Positions 53,548 to 64,000 of a stretch of DNA of 64,000 nt are shown piece after piece. Position 1 is the first letter of the stretch. Every line of letters begins with the position of its first letter. The stretch is from Entomortierella parvispora E1425 (lineage: Eukaryota; Fungi; Mortierellomycota). The notes under the pieces are model-generated. The model ran no database searches. It worked only from the letters and a program-made list of their open reading frames with translations, and was not told where the DNA came from. A program made the position numbers and the translations under genes. The stretch lies in contig BQFW01000006.1 in NCBI GenBank assembly GCA_020891255.1, positions 1,798,001-1,862,000 on the forward strand. The letters are read 5' to 3'.

Positions 53548-55707
53548 ATGAGAGTCATCTCCATTGCAACCACGCTGATACTTTTGGGTGCAGCAGCCCT
53601 CCTCGACCTTGTCTCTGCAGCAGATCCAGCCCCTACTTTCGGTCACTCCGCGATTTTGGTGGACAGCACGGTGTTTATTCAGGGCGGCACCACCACTGGA
53701 AACACGCCCACCAATGCGGCTTTTGCTTTAATTTTGGACATCACCCAGGGGGGTTCATATGCTGGCGCGACCATGCTCGACATGACCACGTTGGCGAACC
53801 TTTCTGCTCGCGACTTTCATGGAGCGGTGGAGACGACGACAGGGTTGATGGTGAGCTGTGGCACAGTGGATGGCGGGTCAGGGACCATGACCTGTGATGA
53901 ATTCAACGTGGTCCGTTACAACAGCACTCCCATGGACAAGATCCCCGACACGGTCGCGGGTCGTGGCGGTATGGCTGTGGGTCTGTCGGGTATAAGTGCC
54001 TATTTCTTGGGCGGATCGACGAGTGCGTTCGCGGATGCGTCCAAGGGCTTTTCGACCGACATGGATATCCTGATGATTTCTTCCAGCCTGAGATGGCGTA
54101 AAGGAACCAACATGCCAACGGCGACCCGGTTCCACACCGCGACCTGGATCGATTCCACCGTCGGAGGCCTGGTCGTGCTCGGGGGCCAGCTCCAAGGCGG
54201 AACTGCCGTGAGCATGAATAACGCTACCTTGTTTGTCAATTCCATTTGGACCACCAGGTAAGATGATGAAAAAAAAAAAAAAAATAGGGCCCGTGAAAAA
54301 GGACCTACTGTGGGATTGTGGTATTGCTCTCTTTTTTTTTTGCTTTCTCGCTTTTTTTTTTGCGGGAACCACAAGAGCGTCTGGAAGAAAGAGAAAAAAA
54401 ACAAACCGCAATTTGGATAAACCTTGAAAAAAAAAGAGGGTCAGACTTGAGACGGTCAAACGTAGAGACTGAATCCGTTCTCTTTTATTCAATTATCGAT
54501 GATGGGATTGATCTCACTCATTTTTTTCAGGGCGATTGCAGGAGATGCGATCCCAGCGCGTTTTGGACATTCGGCCGTGACGGATGAGAATGGACTGATC
54601 TATGTGTATGGAGGCATGACCACGGCGGCAGGGCCGGCCCTGAACGACTTTTACGTGCTGGACACTAAAGTCGACGCTTGGGCCTGGAAAAAGCTGGCTG
54701 TACCCTCAGCCGAACCCCGTGCCTTCCATGCTTCAGTGCTTCTTCCAGATGGAGACACCATCTTGCACACGTTTGGTCTTGCAGGTGCGGGACCCAACAC
54801 GGCCGTGTCGACTATCTCGAGCTACGGCATTTCCAAGAATGCTTGGGTCGCTGCCGCGGCGCCTCCTGCCGCCACTGTCGCCACCACTTCTCCCAACAAG
54901 TTGCCAGGTAAGAAAGAGAAAACAAAATTAAAAAAAAAAGTCGCGTCAAAAAAAAAGAAAAAAAAATTCCCAAAATCCTGACATGAGTTTTTTTTTTTTT
55001 TCCTCAAACCTATAGCAACCAACAACATTCCTGGAGATCCAAACTACAAACATCCCTCTGGAGACGATGAGGATGAAAAGAAGTCGAATGTGGGTATGAT
55101 TGCCGGAATCGCAGTCGCCTGTGTGGTGGTTCTCGCCGTGGGTGGGTTCCTGTTCCATCGTCGGAGACGTCAACTACGACCCTCGTCCACCAGTACTGCA
55201 GGAGTGGCTTTGGCAGGACAAGGAGCTGAGACTGGAGAGGGAGGCACCAAATTGGGTCGCTCATTCACGATCCGTAAACCGACCGATGCCTATGTGGTGG
55301 ACGACCGGGATCTGGGCGGAGATCAATACCCCCAGTACCGCAGTGATCAGGATGTTCAAACCGTCCCCTATTACGGCGATCGAAAGTACAACCCCAACGA
55401 CAGCCTTCAGTCCTCCCCTCGTCAATACCAAAAGCAGCAGTACGAACAACAACCTTACCAAGAGTACGAATTGAACGATACCAGCCGCTCAAAGTACAGC
55501 GGCAGTCAGCAAGGTTACGTCAATTCGCACGATATTGCAGCGACGCAGAGGATGGTGGAGCAGGAGCAGCTCAAGATGATGAAGGGATACCAGCAAATGT
55601 CGGCCGAATTTGCTGCCAACCAAATCCCCATCTCCCAAAAGTTTGGTACGCAGCAGCCAACTACAGGTCGCCAGAAGGACTACGAGTACCAGAAAACCCA
55701 TTTCTAG
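53548..55707 (+). CDS. Type I membrane protein with an extracellular Kelch-like beta-propeller (3 exons)
   Basis: Signal peptide; Kelch-like repeats (FGHSA..VFIQGG, RDFHGA, RFHTAT..VLGG, RFGHSAV..YVYGG, RAFHAS); TM segment VGMIAGIAVACVVVLAVGGFLF followed by HRRRR; Tyr/Gln-rich tail. Confidence 0.82.
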
Positions 55708-56222
55708 AAGGGGGAGAGACAAACATAACTCATAAATATCATCATCGTTTTTGAATACCAAAAGGCGTGGAGTTATTATTGACAGGGAAGGTATCTGGGA
55801 TATCAGCCTTGTCCGAGTTCCTTGAAAAGACATTAGCGAATCCATCCACTCATTGGGAAGGGAATGTGCAAGGGAAACTGGTCTGGAAGCGCACGGTTGA
55901 ATTGGTCTCGGTGCCAGATATTGTTGTTCGGCTCTATCAACGATGAACACAATCGAGATAAAGAGAATGGATGGAACAATGGCACCGATACGTTACTTTG
56001 GGAATGGTACTGCACCATGATAAGGAAGCATCCACCCTCAAGGGCCTAAAACCACGAATCGTGACAAACAGCATTATCTCTTTTATTTCATAGTGCTGTA
56101 TGTATTTGACCTCCTGTCTCCTCTTGTCTCAAGTCTTGTCATGAAAAAAAGAAATAATAATAAAAAGTCCAGAGTGGCCACGACCGTTTTTTTTTGTTTT
56201 TTGTTTGGTTGTTTTTCAATGT

Positions 56223-58898
<2,676 letters not shown>

Positions 58899-59684
58899 CG
58901 AGCAAAGAGAATGAAGGCAAGGATTGATGAAACGGAAAGGGGAAGACGGATGAAGTATGAGAGGCAAGGAAGGAATAAATGAATGAAAAAGAAAGGAAAA
59001 GGAAAGGGAAAGGAAAATAAGCGATGGGAAGTGAGGCAAAAAAAAGGGAGGGAGAGGAGAGAAAAAGGAAGGGAAAGGGAGAGGAGAGATGGGATGAGAT
59101 GGGAACCAGACAAGAAGAGATGGAGGGGGATGTGGAGCGCGTCTCTTTTCTTTCTTTTAGTGCCTTCCCTCTTTCTGTGTGCAAAGTGGGGTGGGTGGTG
59201 GGGGGATGTGGTGGGTGTGGTGGGTGTGGGTGCAGGTATCCCCCCTCTTTTGCCCTGTCCTGTCCTGTCTCTTCCTGTCTCTTCCTTGCCCCCCCGTCTG
59301 CACTCGAGACAGAGTGCGGATGGATGCATCGACTTTTCGCTGGGTGTTGACATCCCTGTCCTTCCCCCCATCATCCACAGAATGGCATTCATTCATTCAT
59401 TCAGTCACTCAGTCTGCCACACAAGAGACAGTTGGTCCAACTGAGAGCACAGCATGTCTGTCCTCCTCCACCCCTTTCTCATGCCTTCCTCCTCATCCCA
59501 CAAGCCACTGCCCCGTCGCTTCGCCCTCTCCCAACGACTCGGCCATCTTTCCATTCTTTTGTCCAACCGCGCACCACTGCACATGTAGACGATCTTTCGT
59601 CCTTCCTCCATCAACCATCTCATTCATTCTCATTGCATACGACCCTCCCATTCTTCTTTCTCAGAACGCGACTCTCTTCTCGCC

Positions 59685-61311
59685 ATGGACCCAGCCACCT
59701 CCTCCACCCCTACGCCCTTGCCTGGCTCACCAAACACCAGCACCGCGAACGCCAATGTCTCTGCTACCCCCGAAGGCGCCGTGCCCTCCGATACTACTCC
59801 TTCCGCCAACGGTCCTCCTTCCACACCTCAGTCCTTTGCCGCTGCCGTCTTCCCAGGCTTTAATCCCCCAAAGATCAACACCTCTAGCTTCTTCTCGTCC
59901 ATGCAAGGAAAACTCCAATCCACACTCGCCAGTGCAAAATCTCCCACGTTAAACCTGCAACCACCCCAGATCAACAAGGTCGATTTGACAAAGATCCAAG
60001 CCGGGACCGAGCAATTGGCCCACCAAACCAAGGACTGGGGTGTTTCCGCTTTCAAGTCCCTGAGCAGTGCTGCCCAAAGGGTCAGCGCTAATGTCTCCCA
60101 GGGCATCCAGAAAGAGCATGAAGAATTCTTGAAGCAAAAGAAGCTCGATACCGTGACACCACATCAAGGCACAGGTACGGAGTCGAAATCTCTCTCTTGT
60201 TCTGCATCTCGCCATTGTCTCCTCTTCCACTTTGGATGATGAACAAGAGAGCAGTTTCTTTTTTTGATGTCGTGGCCACTTTTGGTTCGAGACTAGAGAC
60301 GAATCTAGCGCCCAATTTCATTTTTTTTTTTTTTTTTTTTTTTTTGTCTTTCCTTCATTTTAATAGAGGCTGTACCAGCATGGGCAGGATTACCGGATGA
60401 AGAGCAGTTCAAGACGCGCATTCTCAGCATGTCCAAGGTATGAAATGAAACAGCTTTCTCACCATATGCACCGATGGTCAGCTGCCTTCCTCCCCCTCGA
60501 AAATGAGAAAAAAAAAAGATCTAAATTTTTTTGCCACCAAAAATTTAATTCTCTCAATATTTTTTAAGGACAAACGCAACTTTTTGCTCCCTCCGCCTCC
60601 AGGAACCGACTTTACGTTTGACATGAAAGTATACTCTTCAACGGCCATGGCGACATTGAAGGAGGATCCAAACTTGGAAAAGATGCGGTTTTATCTTGTA
60701 CCCAAGGAAGTCGAAGAATTGGTCTTTTGGCGCAACTATTTCTACAGGGTCTCATTGTTGAAACAGTTTGCGCTGTCCTCATCTTCAGGAGCAGGACCAG
60801 GACCAGGAGCAGGCATTGATGCTTTGGCATCAGATGTACCAGCCTCCGAGAATGGAGAGAATGGGGCTGATTCTTCGACTGGAGGCCACTCAAGATCCTT
60901 GTCTGTGAGCTCAGCATTGGGATACAATATTTATTTCGGAAAGGACGATGTTGCAGGCCCTCCTGCTCGTTCGCGCCCTTCTTCAACCATCAAGGACAAC
61001 AACAAAGCTGCCCCAGCAAAGACAGAGACAAAGAAGCCAGAAGTTTTGTTTGAAGCTGAGATGCCTGACCATGAAGAAGATCCAGGTGAGTCTCCTGTCC
61101 TCCAGGTCCTTAGACACTTGGGTAGAGCCTCAGAAACTTTGGTCACTGATGATGATTATTTTTTTGTCCCTTCTGACTAGATGCATGGCTGGAAAAACAA
61201 CTTGCTTCAGGAGTCTCTATTGGTGATGGGGAGGATGATGGGGAGGTAGATGTTGCGGACTGGGAAAAGGAACTTCAGAATGAACTCAAGGACTATGTTG
61301 AAGGATCGTAA
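59685..61311 (+). CDS. BSD-domain protein (SYAP1/DOS2-like), 4 exons
   Basis: [36 protein letters not shown] (BSD FW signature); acidic C-terminus [13 protein letters not shown]. Confidence 0.87.
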
Positions 61312-61498
61312 ATACAACAAAACCAGCATGACTCTGGACCCACAGGAATTTTATCCGCCTTCTCAGCTTCCGGCACATCCTGCAGAAATATATCCCATGT
61401 CCCTCTCAAGGACTAGAATAACAATAAAAAAGCTCCCTCCATATTATTAACAATATAATCTTGCCCTGCCTTCATGGTACTAGAAAAATATATATATC

Positions 61499-63407
61499 TT
61501 AATTATCCTTCTTCTGCTTGGCATCCTGGGTATTGGAAGTCTCCTTGGGGGCCACAGTTGTCCAGTTTGAGCCAAGCTTGTAGATATTCCAGCCCAAGAA
61601 CAAGCTGCTGACAAAGAACGTGTCCGCAACCATCAAGGTCGAGCGTCTCTCCCAGTATGTCTGCTTGTAATAACCTGACCGGGCCACGAATTCCGCCAAG
61701 AGGAAAATGCCCAAGGTTCTTGCCAGCTCGATCTTCAAACCAAACGTTTTTGCATCCATGATCTTGGCCAAGGTAATTAAACTAATCAAGAACACGATAC
61801 AGATCGCCTGGGTTTGCCACAAGGGCAAAATCTTGTACCCCTCAGCCAAGAGCGCGCTCCCGACGATGGTCACGAGCGTGAAGTGGATGCCCACATAATA
61901 GTTGAATTTGGAGGGCAAGATCGGATCGTACTTTGTAGGGGGGTTTTGGATATCGACCTCGGGGATTTCGGAAAGAAGACCCGTGCGGGGTACACCAGGG
62001 TGCCAGCCAGGACCATAAAACAACACCTTGAACTTGTCACCGGCGCCCGGGGTGGCCTTGAAAGTGCGCCAAATATGAATGAAATGGCCGAACTGAATCG
62101 CAACAGGGTCAAAAGTGTTGATAGGATGTGTCAGTCCATAGGCCACAGGCTCCTCATCCTCCTTTTTGGCCACGACCTCGGGATAGATACGCTCGGCTGC
62201 GTAGGTTCCGAACATGATATCCCAGATAATGAGGGTGCCTCCATAGTTCTTGTCAATGCAATAGCGGTTGCGGCCATGGTGAAGTCGATGGCTACTAGGG
62301 GTATTGATGATGTACTCAAGCCAACCCAAGTAAGGAACGATTTCTAGCAAATAAAATCAGAATTGAAGAGGAGGGTGAGGAATATTGGTCCGGATCTCTC
62401 TTGTTTCTACAGGCTGATACCACTTTTGCTTACCAGTATGGATCCAGAACTGGAAAAGCAGGTTGAACTGAGTGTGCACAGCGAATTGGGCAGGCGAGAA
62501 CACGAGCGCCAGAGGCAAGTTGAACAAGAAAGAGGAATATGTCTGAACCAAAGACTGTCGCAAGGCCGTACTTGCGTTGTACATCTCACTATGGGTTGTT
62601 GTAGAGCACTGGTGAGTCAAACACATGGGATTCAAAAACTGGTTTGCTTCGCCTTTTTTTTTTTTTTTTTTTTTTTGGCTCAGAAAGCAAGCTGGAAAGC
62701 CAGAAGCACACCAGTGGTAAAGATGAAGACGAACCTGCTATGATGCACGGAGTGGCCAGCCCACATAAGGTTGATCTCGTGCGCTGCCCGATGGAACTAA
62801 TGGCGATCATTGAAAATGAGTTAGAAACCGAGAGTGGTTCTCCTCCGTAAGCCCACTCAATGGGCACTCCTCCCTCCACCTTGCCCTTCCTATTCATACC
62901 CAATAGTACGCAAAATCTAAAGAAGAAAAGAAAGGAGACCATTAGAATCAGCTCTGTTGGAGGGAATACTCTTCATAGTCAATCTCCAAAAAAATTCATC
63001 TTCTCCTTACCAACGCCGATGAAGCATCCAATCCAGGTCGAGAGCTTGAAGGTATCAAAGCAAATGGCATCGATACGGTAATGATCCCATACGTAATTGT
63101 AAGAGACCATCTGCAAACTGCCCAAGAAGAACCTGGACATTTGTTGAAGCGAACCAGCGCCCAAGGATCCGATCATGTCGTTCATCCGATATTTGCCCTG
63201 ACTCCACTGTCCATCATGACGCTTCAGACCTCGTGCATGGTCCTTGAAGAAATAATAGAGTAGCTCCATCACGATAAAGACTATAAACCAGGGCGTCGCA
63301 TCCGCCACATACGGCGGTACCTCGGCCTGGGTTGCAAACGTGGACCCTTTGGGCGAAACCAAGTAGAACATTCGGCCGAGCGATTCGGCCACTTTGATGG
63401 CAGTCAT
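61499..63407 (-). CDS. AGMO: Alkylglycerol monooxygenase (TMEM195; fatty-acid hydroxylase superfamily), 5 exons
   Basis: DFAYYW|FHRAAHEINLMWAGHSVHHSS|EMYNASTALRQS..FQFWIHT|EIVPYLGWLEYIINTPSSHRLHHGRNRYCIDKNYGGTLIIWDIMFGT; eight-His di-iron motifs and AGMO-like N-terminus MFYLVSPK. Confidence 0.88.
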
Positions 63408-64000
63408 TCTTTTTTGCCAATCGTCGGATTCCGGACTTGCAAGCTGAGGTGGAAGGATGGAATGGACAAGAGTGAATGAAGAAAAAGAGATTCAATGAGG
63501 CGCGGGAAAAAAACAGAAAGAGAAAGGAAGGTATGCTTGTGGAGAAGACGGACAAAGACTCCGTATGCTCTGTTTTAAACCCTCTTGGCCGGTACGACCT
63601 CGGACGAATGTTTGTCAGATTAATTGCCAAATCGAGATGGGCGCTGCTCTCTCCACATGCCACACACCCGAGTCGCGTCTCCAAAGTGTCGCGCGAGGTG
63701 CTTCATGGCAAGAACGTGCATGTACATGTACCACCGTTTTGTAAAGTGTCGCCAGTGCTGGCAACATGGAGCATCAAAAGAAACGTGTAAATCAGCTCGC
63801 ACCGATGCCCTCGCGGCGGCTGGTTGCGTCTGAACCGAAGACCCATCCTTTAGTCAGCCCTTTCTTGCCTCCATTTTCGATATGGCATCTGTCCAGATCT
63901 GAGTTGAGAGCTCGTCGGCTGACTGAACAGCCGAACATGGGACCTGGGTGGGATTGGCAGATCATGCCATTCTGAATGTCTTCTGCCGAACTGGCACTCT

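Overview
Intron-rich, gene-dense eukaryotic (fungal) DNA. Gene content and intron style suggest an early-diverging fungus, probably Mucoromycota/Mortierellaceae-like (inference). There are no prokaryotic operons, CRISPR arrays, rRNA, recognisable tRNA or intact transposons. About 24 protein-coding genes can be rebuilt by hand-splicing: a partial 5'-edge CDS, a GPI-anchored Cys-rich protein, REV7, eIF3g, INO1, a bacterial-type 3-methyladenine DNA glycosylase I, GDP-mannose 4,6-dehydratase, a Gti1/Pac2 (WOPR) regulator, ferritin, a TBC Rab-GAP, a tandem-DPBB expansin-like protein, a DUF1771-Smr protein, an RNF34/RFFL-like E3, RBBP4/MSI1, EMC6, a MARCH-type RINGv E3, ITC1/ACF1, histone H1, EB1, DRG2, a Kelch-like type I membrane protein, CBK1, a BSD protein and alkylglycerol monooxygenase. 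Most notable observations: (1) four non-canonical GC-AG introns, all with a G|GCAAGT donor, among roughly 75-80 introns I counted; (2) a frameshifted relic of the MARCH E3 3' end just upstream of the intact gene; (3) genes usually absent from model Dikarya (ferritin with no visible IRE, RNF34/RFFL-like, AGMO, GMD, TAG glycosylase); (4) a ~6.8 kb gene-free region upstream of the WOPR gene containing a perfect 4x GCGGGG tandem/G-quadruplex motif. All homology calls come from recalled family motifs, not database searches.
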